From an uncultured Planctomycetales bacterium (lineage in GTDB: Bacteria > Omnitrophota > Gorgyraeia > Zapsychrales > JANLHA01): a DNA stretch of 64,000 nucleotides. Position 1 is the stretch's first letter. Every line of letters starts with the position of its first letter. Under the pieces are notes generated by a model. It searched no databases, was not told the origin of the DNA, and saw only the letters and a list, made by a program, of their open reading frames with translations. Below are positions 29,128 through 39,100 of the stretch, in pieces. A program made the translations under genes and the position numbers. The stretch lies in contig CAYYRJ010000012.1 of the NCBI GenBank assembly GCA_964474085.1, positions 7,701-71,700 of the forward strand, read 5' to 3'.

Positions 29128-30948
29128 ATGAACAGGCCATCAGTCGGCAAAGGCAAGTCCCAAAACCAAAAATTAATCAAATGGGTTGAAGAAGTCGCAG
29201 AACTCACACAGCCAGAACGCATCCACTGGTGCGACGGCAGCCAGGAAGAAACAGACCTCCTTTTAAAGGAAATGGTCGCATCCGGCATGGCAACCAAGCT
29301 CAACGAAAAATTACGCCCCAACAGCTTTTTGTTCCGCTCTGATCCTACCGACGTCGCTCGCATGGAAAACCGCACATTTATTTGTTCGCAAAAGCCCGAA
29401 GACGCAGGCCCCACCAATAACTGGATGGACCCCAAAGCGATGCGCAGCGAACTCAACGGTGTTTTTAAAGGCTCGATGAAAGGCCGCACGATGTACGTCA
29501 TCGCCTTTAGCATGGGGCCGATCGGCTCGCCCATTTCGCACATCGGTGTCGAATTGACTGATTCGCCTTACGTCGTCGTTAATATGCGTATCATGACCCG
29601 CATCGGACAAGCCGTTTTTAATCTGCTCGACAAAGACAACAGTATTTTTGTGCCGTGCATCCACTCTGTCGGTCATCCACTTGAACAAGGCCAAAAAGAT
29701 TCGTCTTGGCCGTGCAACAAAGAAAAAAAATATATCGTCCATTTTCCGGAAACACGCGAAATCTGGTCTTACGGCAGCGGCTACGGCGGAAACGCGCTTT
29801 TGGGCAAAAAATGTTTTGCCCTTCGTATCGCTTCCTGCATGGCACGCGATGAGAATTGGATGGCTGAGCACATGCTTATCTTAGGCGTCGAAGACCCCAA
29901 GGGTGAAAAAACCTATGTTGCAGCGGCTTTCCCCAGCGCCTGCGGCAAAACAAATTTTGCCATGCTTATTCCGCCAAAAAATTTTCGCGATAAGGGATGG
30001 AAAGTTTGGACAGTCGGCGATGATATCGCGTGGATCAAGCCCGGTGCCGACGGAAAACTTTATGCGATTAACCCTGAAGCCGGTTATTTTGGGGTCGCTC
30101 CCGGAACTTCTGAGAAATCAAATCCAAATGCTATTATTTCGTGTTCCAAGAACAGCATTTTTACCAACTGCGCTTTGACGCCCGAGGGGGATGTCTGGTG
30201 GGAAGAAATGACTCCAACCCCGCCAGCTAAAGCCATTGACTGGACCGGACAAGAATGGACGCCCGGCTGCGGACGCTTGGCCGCACACGCTAACGCTCGC
30301 TTTACCGCGCCTGCCTCTCAATGCCCGACGATAGACCCAGCGTGGGAAGATCCTAAAGGTGTGCCGATCAGCGCATTTATTTTTGGCGGCCGACGCGCCA
30401 GCGACGTTCCTTTAGTCTTTCAAGCCTTCAATTGGTCGCACGGGGTTTACTTAGGCGCGACCATGGGTTCAGAAATGACGGCCGCTGCCATCGGCGGCGC
30501 AGGACAACTGCGTATCGACCCGTTTGCTATGATCCCCTTCTGCGGGTATCACATGGGTGCATATTTCCAACACTGGTTAAAAATTGGCAAATTAACAACA
30601 TCTGCTCCTCGTATTTTTCACGTCAACTGGTTTCGCAAAAGCGCTGAAGGCAAATTCCTTTGGCCGGGCTTTGGCGAAAACATGCGTATTTTAAAATGGA
30701 TCGTTGACAGCGCAAACGGCCGTGCCGCTTGCCAAGAAACGCCGCTTGGCTGGGTGCCGCGTTATGAAGACATCGATTGGGAAGGTGTTACGTTCACAAA
30801 AGATCAATGGAATGAAGTTATGCGCATCGATCGAAAGAAATGGAAGGAAGTTTTAACGCTTCAACATGAAGAAAGCTTCCTTAAAATTCATGATCGCCTG
30901 CCCAAAGAACTGATTTGCGAACGCGAACTTTTAATCTCACGACTGTAA
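29128..30948 (+). CDS. pckG: Phosphoenolpyruvate carboxykinase (GTP)
   Basis: GTP-PEPCK motifs ([22 protein letters not shown], kinase-1a region); GGAGG RBS 5 nt before the ATG at 29128. Confidence 0.9.
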   Translation: MNRPSVGKGKSQNQKLIKWVEEVAELTQPERIHWCDGSQEETDLLLKEMVASGMATKLNEKLRPNSFLFRSDPTDVARMENRTFICSQKPEDAGPTNNWMDPKAMRSELNGVFKGSMKGRTMYVIAFSMGPIGSPISHIGVELTDSPYVVVNMRIMTRIGQAVFNLLDKDNSIFVPCIHSVGHPLEQGQKDSSWPCNKEKKYIVHFPETREIWSYGSGYGGNALLGKKCFALRIASCMARDENWMAEHMLILGVEDPKGEKTYVAAAFPSACGKTNFAMLIPPKNFRDKGWKVWTVGDDIAWIKPGADGKLYAINPEAGYFGVAPGTSEKSNPNAIISCSKNSIFTNCALTPEGDVWWEEMTPTPPAKAIDWTGQEWTPGCGRLAAHANARFTAPASQCPTIDPAWEDPKGVPISAFIFGGRRASDVPLVFQAFNWSHGVYLGATMGSEMTAAAIGGAGQLRIDPFAMIPFCGYHMGAYFQHWLKIGKLTTSAPRIFHVNWFRKSAEGKFLWPGFGENMRILKWIVDSANGRAACQETPLGWVPRYEDIDWEGVTFTKDQWNEVMRIDRKKWKEVLTLQHEESFLKIHDRLPKELICERELLISRL

Positions 30949-30959
30949 TCTCACAAAAA

Positions 30960-30992
30960 ACCCGCTGTGCGGCCTAAAAACCGCCAGCGGGT
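30960..30992 (-). terminator. Intrinsic terminator hairpin shared by the convergent pckG and UPF0316 genes (minus-strand reading is followed by a T6 tract)
   Basis: acccgctg [gcgg..ccgc] cagcgggt nested stem; AAAAAA on the plus strand gives U6 on the minus-strand transcript. Confidence 0.5.
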
Positions 30993-31024
30993 CTCTTAAA
31001 AAATCACCATATTTATACCTAAGT

Positions 31025-31102
31025 TGATCGGATAAGTCCTTTTAGGCTCAATTGTTTGGCGCCTCTATGGCGCTATTCGCCTAAAAAGGACTTCCCCGAT
31101 CA
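31025..31102. repeat. Hairpin repeat element, copy A (conserved core GGCTCAATTGTTTGGCGCCTCTATGGCGC(A/T)ATTCGCC, flanked by unique complementary arms)
   Basis: Core shared with the copies at 32349..32436 and 43844..43925; arms TGATCGGATAAGTCCTTTTAGG / CCTAAAAAGGACTTCCCCGATCA are reverse complements of each other. Confidence 0.7.
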
Positions 31103-31127
31103 TCTTACTTTCAAACGGTGAAACCTC

Positions 31128-31703
31128 TTACGCCTTATAATTTCTATTTCCAAAATTTGATTGAATCGGGAAAATTCCTTCGCTAGCTGACTTGACGTCC
31201 TCGACGGTATAAAACGCGCGCGGATTAAATTTTTTGATAATGCCAATCACTTTCTGATGATGACGCCGCGGGACAATTGTAAAAATAATCTGCACTTTTC
31301 CCGTCGAGCCATTAGCATCCACACTCGTTGTCCCATACCCTTGGGAAGAAAGTGAGTTGACGAGTTCCAACCCATCGGTTTTCGAAATAATCCGAATGAC
31401 TTCAAGACCGACAGCCAGCTTTTCCTCCAGGATAATGCCGACATAATTGCCCATCGCAAAGCCAGCCGAAAACCCAATATACACAAACGGGTTTGTCAAA
31501 TTATTCATAATCTGGCGAATCGCCAAAAGCCAGATAAGCGCTTCAATAAAGCCGATGACCGGAGCGATAATCCGACGACCACGATACAAAAGAATAAGCC
31601 GCACCGTACACAAAGAAACGTCACAAATGCGCGCTAAAAAAATCAGAAGCGGCATAATCAAATATTGAAACCACACACTATCTAAAAAGGGATGTTCGAT
31701 CAT
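31128..31703 (-). CDS. UPF0316/DUF2179 family membrane protein
   Basis: Three TM helices followed by a DUF2179-like C-terminal domain; start at MIEHPFL (the longer ORF extension overlaps the marC-like gene). Confidence 0.65.
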   Translation of the reverse strand: MIEHPFLDSVWFQYLIMPLLIFLARICDVSLCTVRLILLYRGRRIIAPVIGFIEALIWLLAIRQIMNNLTNPFVYIGFSAGFAMGNYVGIILEEKLAVGLEVIRIISKTDGLELVNSLSSQGYGTTSVDANGSTGKVQIIFTIVPRRHHQKVIGIIKKFNPRAFYTVEDVKSASEGIFPIQSNFGNRNYKA

Positions 31704-31714
31704 AGGACAAAACT

Positions 31715-32317
31715 TTAGAGAGGTTGACCCGGCCAATGGCCAAGAATAATTTCTAAAATCCCGCGACGCATCATCATGACCGCAATCGCGGCTAAAAACA
31801 ACGCAAAAACTTTCGACAAAGCATTCGCCCCCGCTTTGCCCAGAATGCGAATAAAACCGTCCGAAAAAACAAATACCACTCCGGCAAAAAGAATATTGAC
31901 CAAAACCGCCGCAATCGTCAAAACAGCACCATGTTGATCGACGCTGATAAGGCACGTCGTCAAAACCGCAGGGCCGACCATAAGCGGTGTGCCGATAGGG
32001 ACCGCGCCAAGCTCAGAAGCCGGCAAACGTTCCTGCTTTGTCGGCATCAGAAGATCCAGCATCGCAATACAAAACAAAATCGCCCCGCCGGCAATCATAA
32101 AATCCGCGATCGTAATTCCCAAAAATTTAAAAACCGCACGGCCCATGGCAATAAAGCCGACCGCCAAACACGTCGCCGTTACAATCGACTGGACAATAAT
32201 TTTATTTTTTGTTTTAAAATCCGTATCAGAAGTCAGCGAAACAAAAATCGGGAGCAAACCAATCGCATCGACAGCCACAAAAATCGGAATAAACGCCAAC
32301 AAAAATTCTGCAAACAT
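31715..32317 (-). CDS. MarC-family (UPF0056) integral membrane protein
   Basis: 200-aa polytopic protein with the MarC N-terminus (FIPIFVAVDAIGLLPIF). Confidence 0.75.
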   Translation of the reverse strand: MFAEFLLAFIPIFVAVDAIGLLPIFVSLTSDTDFKTKNKIIVQSIVTATCLAVGFIAMGRAVFKFLGITIADFMIAGGAILFCIAMLDLLMPTKQERLPASELGAVPIGTPLMVGPAVLTTCLISVDQHGAVLTIAAVLVNILFAGVVFVFSDGFIRILGKAGANALSKVFALFLAAIAVMMMRRGILEIILGHWPGQPL

Positions 32318-32348
32318 ATCCCCTCACTTTTATTCTAATACTTTTACT

Positions 32349-32436
32349 ATGAACGGACATAGCAGCCCTTTACGGCTCAATTGTTTCGCGCCTCTATGGC
32401 GCAATTCGCCTTAAAAGGGCTGCCACGTCCGTTCAT
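32349..32436. repeat. Hairpin repeat element, copy B
   Basis: Same core (GGCTCAATTGTTTCGCGCCTCTATGGCGCAATTCGCC) with different but mutually complementary arms (ATGAACGGACATAGCAGCCCTTT / TAAAAGGGCTGCCACGTCCGTTCAT). Confidence 0.7.
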
Positions 32437-32543
32437 CTACATGTTCATGTTTATTTATACCGTAGAATCTGATGAAAATCTATAGACCTAAAATCTATTT
32501 GGGAGTAGTATTTAAATTCAATATCAACCAAAAACGAACTCCT

Positions 32544-34235
32544 ATGATATTCACAAACGAATACGAACCAAAACTGATCACTGTCCTTAAAGAAGGGTAC
32601 TGCTTAAAAACCTTTTATAAGGACTTTATCGCCGGGGTCATCGTCGGAATCGTCGCTTTACCGCTTTCGATTGCCTTTGCCATCGCCTCCGGCGTTAAAC
32701 CCGAACAAGGCCTCTACACTGCTGTTATCGCCGGATTTCTTATTTCGTTTTTAAGCGGCAGCCGTGTGCAAATCGGCGGGCCTACCGGAGCTTTTATCGT
32801 CATCGTTTACAGCATCGTCGAAAAGTTTGGCTACGACGGCTTGGCCCTTGCGACAATCATGGCGGGCATCCTTCTTATTTTTATGGGAATCGTGCGTTTA
32901 GGCGAGGTCATCAAATATATTCCGTACCCTGTTACCGTCGGATTTACCAGCGGCATTGCCGTAATAATTTTCACAACACAAGTCAAAGAATTTTTAGGCC
33001 TCAACATTCCAACACCTGAACATTTTATTCCCAAATGGATCGCCTATGCCCAAAACCTGATTTCTTTTGATCCTTGGAGTCTGACGCTTGGGGCGATGAC
33101 CATACTCATTCTTGTTTTTTGGCCGAAGCTTACGCACAAACTCCCCGGGCCGCTTATTGCAATCTTTTTTACGACACTGCTTGTCCAATTTTTTCATTTG
33201 CCCGTAGCGACGATCGCCAGCCGTTTTGGCGAAATCCCAAACACGTTCGTCAAGCCGCATATTCCGCATGTGAGCTTTGAACTCTTAGGACAGCTTTCGT
33301 CTTCCGCGCTTGCCATCGCCTTGCTAGCGGGAATCGAATCGCTGCTTTCTGCCGTCGTGGCCGACGGGATGACAGGAAGAAAACATCGCTCCAATATGGA
33401 ATTAATCGCCCAAGGCGTTGCGAATATTATTTCGCCGATTTTTTCCGGTCTGCCGGCAACAGGGGCTATCGCGCGAACGGCGACTAATATCAAAAGCGGC
33501 GGGCAGACGCCGTTTGCGGGCATCATTCACGCGGTCACAATTTTGCTCATTTTTCTTCTTTTTGGAAAATGGGCCGGCTTAATCCCGATGGCCACGCTCG
33601 CCGGAATTTTAATCGTCGTCGCCTATAAGATGAGCGAATGGCGGCTGTTCGTCAAACTTTTTAAAAGCCCGAAAAGCGATATCCTCGTTCTCTTAATTAC
33701 GTTTCTTCTTACCGTGCTTATCGATTTAACCGTTGCGATTGAAGTCGGCGTTGTCCTTGCTTCATTTTTATTTATGCGCCGCATGGTTGATGTGACAGAA
33801 ATCAAATCGATTACAAAATTTATCAATGAAGATACCCGGACAGATCTTTCGGATAATCCCAACGATGACCCTAATGCGATTGCCGCACGCAAAATTCCCG
33901 TCGGCGTTGAGGTTTTTGAAATCAACGGGCCTTTCTTTTTTGGCGCGGCCGATAAATTTCGCGACACGATGCGCGAAATTCAAAAGCCGCCTAAGGTTCT
34001 GATTTTAAGAATGCGCCATGTGCCGACCATTGACGCAACCGGTTTGCGAGCACTTGAAGATACGCTTGAAAAAGCCAAAAAAGACGGAATTACGATTCTA
34101 CTTGCTGCAGCGAATGCGCGGCTGATGCGAAAACTCAATAATAGCGGAATGACCGAGCGGATCGGGACACAAAATATTCTCTTGGAAATCGACGACGCTT
34201 TAGAGTACGCCCGCAAAATTCTCAAAAATAAATAA
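32544..34235 (+). CDS. SulP-family anion transporter with a C-terminal STAS domain
   Basis: SulP TM core (PLSIAFAIASGV...) and STAS domain (VFEINGPFFFGAADKF); start chosen at MIFTNEYEP. Confidence 0.85.
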   Translation: MIFTNEYEPKLITVLKEGYCLKTFYKDFIAGVIVGIVALPLSIAFAIASGVKPEQGLYTAVIAGFLISFLSGSRVQIGGPTGAFIVIVYSIVEKFGYDGLALATIMAGILLIFMGIVRLGEVIKYIPYPVTVGFTSGIAVIIFTTQVKEFLGLNIPTPEHFIPKWIAYAQNLISFDPWSLTLGAMTILILVFWPKLTHKLPGPLIAIFFTTLLVQFFHLPVATIASRFGEIPNTFVKPHIPHVSFELLGQLSSSALAIALLAGIESLLSAVVADGMTGRKHRSNMELIAQGVANIISPIFSGLPATGAIARTATNIKSGGQTPFAGIIHAVTILLIFLLFGKWAGLIPMATLAGILIVVAYKMSEWRLFVKLFKSPKSDILVLLITFLLTVLIDLTVAIEVGVVLASFLFMRRMVDVTEIKSITKFINEDTRTDLSDNPNDDPNAIAARKIPVGVEVFEINGPFFFGAADKFRDTMREIQKPPKVLILRMRHVPTIDATGLRALEDTLEKAKKDGITILLAAANARLMRKLNNSGMTERIGTQNILLEIDDALEYARKILKNK

Positions 34236-34248
34236 ACTTCTTATCTGC

Positions 34249-34354
34249 GCCGTGCTGTTATAGTATCCCGCGCTCAAACAATGTCTCGCGTTGTCCCGCT
34301 GATTGGGCGGGACTATGCTCGCCAAACTCGCACGGGACACCATAACAACACGGC
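34249..34354. repeat. Long imperfect inverted repeat (about 26-bp arms) with internal GC-rich hairpins, between the convergent SulP and ABC-F genes
   Basis: GCCGTGCTGTTATAGTATCCCGCGC ... GCGTGCCCTGTGGTATTGTTGTGCCG-type complementary arms; an inner stem gtcccgc/gcgggac. Confidence 0.4.
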
Positions 34355-34370
34355 TTAAACTACGCAACGT

Positions 34371-36002
34371 CTAAACTTTCAATTTTTCTTCGTAAAGATC
34401 TTCGCGACGTTTGTGGATTTCGGGGTCAGCGAGATATTCATCGAGGGTCGTGTGGACACGGTCAATATGGCCGTTGGGAGTAAGTTCAACAATACGATTG
34501 GCGACAGTCTGAATAAACTGATGGTCGTGCGAGGAAAACAAAATCGCATTGTCACATTTGATCAGTCCGTTGTTTAAGGCAATAATCGATTCCAAATCCA
34601 AGTGATTCGTCGGGTCATCAAAAATAAGCGCATTGGCACTTGCTAACATCATCCGCGAAAACATGCAGCGCACCTTTTCCCCGCCGGACAAAACGCGCAC
34701 AATCTTAAGCGTTTCTTCACCCGAAAAAAGCATTTTCCCCAAAAAGCCGCGGATAAAATTTTCGTCCTTTTCCTTAGAATACTGACGCAGCCAATCAATA
34801 AGGTTCAAATCAGATTGAAAAAAACTTGAATTATCTTTTGGAAAATACGCCGTTGAGATCGTTGAGCCCCATTTGAACATCCCGCTGTCAACGGCAAGCT
34901 CGCCGGCGAGAACCTGAAAAAGCGTTGTCGCCGCCGAATCATTGCGACCAATAAAAGCAATCTTATCCTCTTTGCTGACATGCAAAGAAAAATCCTTAAA
35001 CATCACCTTGCCTTCAATAGTTTTGCTTATTTTTTGGATATCAAGGATATCATTGCCCGCCTCACGCTCGGGCTTAAAAGAAATAAACGGATAACGCCGC
35101 GACGAAGGGCGGATTTCTTCGAAGGTCAGTTTTTCCAAAACTTTTTTGCGGGAAGTCGCCTGTCGAGACTTGGACGCATTCGCGCTAAAACGGGCGATAA
35201 AGTCCTGCAGTTCTTTACGTTTTTCCTCGGACTTGCGATTGGTTTCCTGCTTCTGACGCAAAGCTAATTGGCTGGCCTCCAGCCAAAACGTGTAATTGCC
35301 CGTGTACAACTGCACTTTTCCAAAATCGATATCCGCAATATGCGTGCAAACTTGATCTAAAAAATGGCGGTCGTGCGAAACAACAATCGCCGTATTTTGA
35401 AAATTGCACAAAAATTCTTCCAGCCACAAGGCTGTTTCGACGTCGAGCTGATTGGTCGGTTCGTCCAAAAGCAAAATGTCGGGATTACCAAACAACGCTT
35501 GTGCTAAAAGCACGCGGACCTTCTGGCCGCCTTCAAGCTGTTTCATCTTTAAACTGTGAAGATTTTCTTTAACGCCCAAATCGCTTAACAGCCGTGCGGC
35601 CTCGCTCTCAGCATCCCAGCCGTTCATCTCGGCAAATTGACCTTCCAACTCGGATGCACGAATCCCATCAGCGTCAGAAAAATCCGGCTTGGCATAAATT
35701 GCGTCTTTTTCGGACATGATTTCAAAAAGTTTCTTATGACCCATGACAACCGTCAAAAGAACTTGATGTTCGTCAAAAGCGTATTGATCTTGCTTAAGGA
35801 TAGATAACCGCTCGCTTTTGGTGATGCTGACTGTCCCTGTGGTCGGTTCAATTTCGCCGGAGAGAATTTTTAAAAAAGTAGACTTTCCCGATCCGTTAGC
35901 GCCGATTAGGCCATAACAGTTGCCGGGTTTAAATGCGGCGGTCGCACCCTCAAATAAACGGCGCTTGCCAAATTGCAGTGATACATTTTCGACGGATAAC
36001 AT
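34371..36002 (-). CDS. ABC-F family ATPase (tandem ABC domains, EttA/Uup-like)
   Basis: Two Walker A motifs (GANGSGKST; GRNDSAATT) and two ABC signature motifs in 543 aa, with no TM domain. Confidence 0.85.
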   Translation of the reverse strand: MLSVENVSLQFGKRRLFEGATAAFKPGNCYGLIGANGSGKSTFLKILSGEIEPTTGTVSITKSERLSILKQDQYAFDEHQVLLTVVMGHKKLFEIMSEKDAIYAKPDFSDADGIRASELEGQFAEMNGWDAESEAARLLSDLGVKENLHSLKMKQLEGGQKVRVLLAQALFGNPDILLLDEPTNQLDVETALWLEEFLCNFQNTAIVVSHDRHFLDQVCTHIADIDFGKVQLYTGNYTFWLEASQLALRQKQETNRKSEEKRKELQDFIARFSANASKSRQATSRKKVLEKLTFEEIRPSSRRYPFISFKPEREAGNDILDIQKISKTIEGKVMFKDFSLHVSKEDKIAFIGRNDSAATTLFQVLAGELAVDSGMFKWGSTISTAYFPKDNSSFFQSDLNLIDWLRQYSKEKDENFIRGFLGKMLFSGEETLKIVRVLSGGEKVRCMFSRMMLASANALIFDDPTNHLDLESIIALNNGLIKCDNAILFSSHDHQFIQTVANRIVELTPNGHIDRVHTTLDEYLADPEIHKRREDLYEEKLKV

Positions 36003-36112
36003 AAATTTATTGTTTAGATGATTAATAAAGGCAGGATTATAGCATAAAATCCCAAAAGCAAAGATAATTCGTCAAAACTGCTTTATTTACAAAAATTTTA
36101 GATCTGTGAATT

Positions 36113-36149
36113 TTAAAAAAGTAGGGAACGGTTTGAAACCGTTCCCTAC
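36113..36149 (-). terminator. Rho-independent terminator of the large secreted-protein gene
   Basis: 11-bp GC-rich stem gtagggaacgg/ccgttccctac, followed on the minus strand by TTTTTT. Confidence 0.55.
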
Positions 36150-36169
36150 CGTCTTTTCTATTATCGCCG

Positions 36170-39100
36170 TTACCTCATCGACAATTCAGGGACCTTTTCT
36201 TTATTTTCAGCGCTGATCAAAAACGGAAAATTCTCAATCGTCGCCGGCTGCATATTGATAATAACCGGATACAACCCGTCAATATTGATGCTTTCTAAAT
36301 TTTGCTGCGGCAGAGGAAGCGGCACGCCGTGTCCGTTGCGCTTGATCTGCAAATTAAGCAAAGACGGATCAAAGTCAATACCACCGACCTTCTCGTCGCT
36401 TGAAGTCACTCCCGCACTTGCGACAGTGTAGACGACTTTGGCATCACTTTTCAATGACGTTAGTACAATGCTCCTTCCGTCAACAGCAAGCCGAACAAGT
36501 CCTGCGAATTCTTCGGGCTGATTGTCATTTTTCTCAAATGCAGACCTCACAAGTTTAAAGCTCCTGTTGCCAACTGCCTCATTTCCAAATAAAGGAATAA
36601 TATCAAAAGCTGGCTGACCATTTGCTATAAATTTCTTTTCTATCATCACCAAAATCTCTTGCCCGCTTTCAAGTTGAATGGTAAACGACAAATCTCCTTG
36701 TGTTGTCAAATCACCTAAACGCAAAACGGTAGGCTGATTAACGGCCAGCTTTTGCTCGTTGGCGGGGGTCATTTCTCTAATTTTATCAGCTAATTGTGCA
36801 ATTGGACGTTCAACAGGTTGCAACAAAACACCTTTCTCTTTTAATGCGTCAACCTGAGGGTCGTTTATTCTTGCGATAATCTCTCCAGGGGCAAGACCAA
36901 TTACCTTTGTTGTTGCTGGCAAATCGACTTTCCCTAGAAATTCGTTAATTGTTCCTAGCTTATCCGCCGCTCCTGCCTTTAAATTTGCAATGACAATAAT
37001 ATCGAAGTTCTGATGTTGAACAAAATCTTGCGCGGTACCTAGATCGGCGGCTCCGATAATATCATCTTGTCCATTTAAACTCTTGTCAAGTGCCCTACCT
37101 ATGAACTGATTGTCACTAATCAACAAAATCTTTCTCGCCTGATCAACTGCGTCGGATTGTGCGGCCTCGTTTGCCACACCTGCACTGCTGGCGACCGTCG
37201 CATCTGCGATGGCAGAGCTGGCGGCGGAAGCGTCCGCCATCTCTTGAGCTTTCGCTCTTTTAGCTATGACATCTGCTGGGTTACTGTGAATATCATTTAA
37301 TAACCCCATATATTGAGTTATTGGCCCGAAGTTTTCTGGTTGAAAAATATTCGCGCCCCTTGAAAAATATCTAGAAACAAATTTTAAGAATAATCCTGTT
37401 AATCCCGCATCTTGTAAAAAGGCATCACTAATGGGATTAGCTTGCTGCGAACGTGGAGAATAATCAAAAATACCATTCTCCCTTACATAACGTTCTACAG
37501 CAGGAGACATAAAATAATAGCTTTTATTTTCACGGATTGCCGTTGCAGACACATTGTCAATAGGGTACAGCTCAGGAGAATCAATTTTAAAATGATCACC
37601 AACCAATTCCCGTAATTTTGCTATTTTTTCATTAATTGTTTTTATCTGCTCGTCTCTAGAGGTGCCATTATCTTCAATACGCGGAATGATAAAAGCTTCC
37701 ATTTCAAAAAGGTCAGGATCAAATCCAAAAAGACGAGCATCCATGTTATCTACCAACTTCTTGGCACTATCCGATTGCGCAATCTTTTGTTGCTTTAACT
37801 GATCTATCACTGCTTGGGCCGAGATCTCGGGGAATTGTTTAAACAATCTCTCCTTTAAAATTGCCTCATCACTTAATTCACCAGCTAAGAGCTGAGCCTT
37901 TAAACCATAAAGAAATTGAGCAATTTCCCTAGCCTCTTGAATATCCTTTAAAGCTTTCCCAACGCCAGCAATATCTTTGAGCATATCTGTCAATTCATTA
38001 ACACTAGCTTGTCGTATAACCTTCAACCCTTCATGCATTTTAGAAGGAAGCGTCCAATCAACATGATCTGAACCAAAAACATACCTTAGTTTTATTTTTA
38101 TCCCTGCATCTTTGAGTCTCTTAATGTTCTCTGGACCAAGCCTTGCCACCAATTCTGCTCCAAATAAAAACACATTATATTCTCCATCCCGGTCAGTTCT
38201 CTTATTTTCTCTAGCATATTCGGTTGCTTGATCGAGAACTCTTGTAGAAACATCAGACACACCTAAAATTCCCAATACTGTTTCTCCGCGAATTCCTTCA
38301 CTAACCATTTTTTCTCTCTCTGAATAAGGCAATAATCCCTTTCTTCTAGGATCATCAGCTGCAAGAACAAAAAACATAGCTCCCCCAGATTCTACCGCCG
38401 CCAAAGCACCAGCATCGTGCGCAATAGTAAAAGGGTATCCTGTTATTGCATAATTTGCCAACCTATATCCTTTATTAGCTAGAAAAATACTCATTAACCT
38501 TTCGGTAGATTCTTGAGTCGCAGGTTTGGAAAGAATCGCTAATACCTCTGCGCGTTCGGGAGATTCTCCAATATTCTTTAATTTATTTAATGAATACGCT
38601 GATTGAAGTAATAAAACTTCCCTCTCCTTAGCTTCCTGGCTGACTAAGTCGTCCGTACTACTTGGCTCTTCCCAAGACATCCTTATCAGCTGGCTTGCAA
38701 TGATTTCAGCCATAAACCTTGAAATTTTCTCAGCAGGATTTATTTTATCTAAACCTTTGACTACTGCTTTCTTGTTCAAAGGTACTTCCGCTGCCACACG
38801 ACGATCAACACCTAAACGTCTCTCTACTGGCTCAACCTTTTGCTGCTCTACCAATAGTTTATTAATCTTCTTTAATTCACTAACAAAAGCGGCTGGGGCT
38901 TCCTCAACTGATGCGTTTAATAATGGTGTCCAAATGGCTGATATCAAAAGCCGAATTACAGATTTATTTTTATTTATTTCAGTGATGATTCTCCTTACGT
39001 TTAAATCTTTAATTTCAATCTCAGAAATCGTTTTGACAAACTCTATAAATATCCCAACAGTGTTTGTATCTACAAGTGTCTTTGCTATGTCCTGACGGAT

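Noticed and set aside
31025-31102. Possibility that the A/B/C hairpin repeats are tRNA, tmRNA, SRP RNA or 6S RNA genes
   Set aside because: They have no cloverleaf geometry and no anticodon or T-loop consensus. They lack the SRP domain IV motif. They are multi-copy with unique arms, which does not fit a housekeeping RNA.
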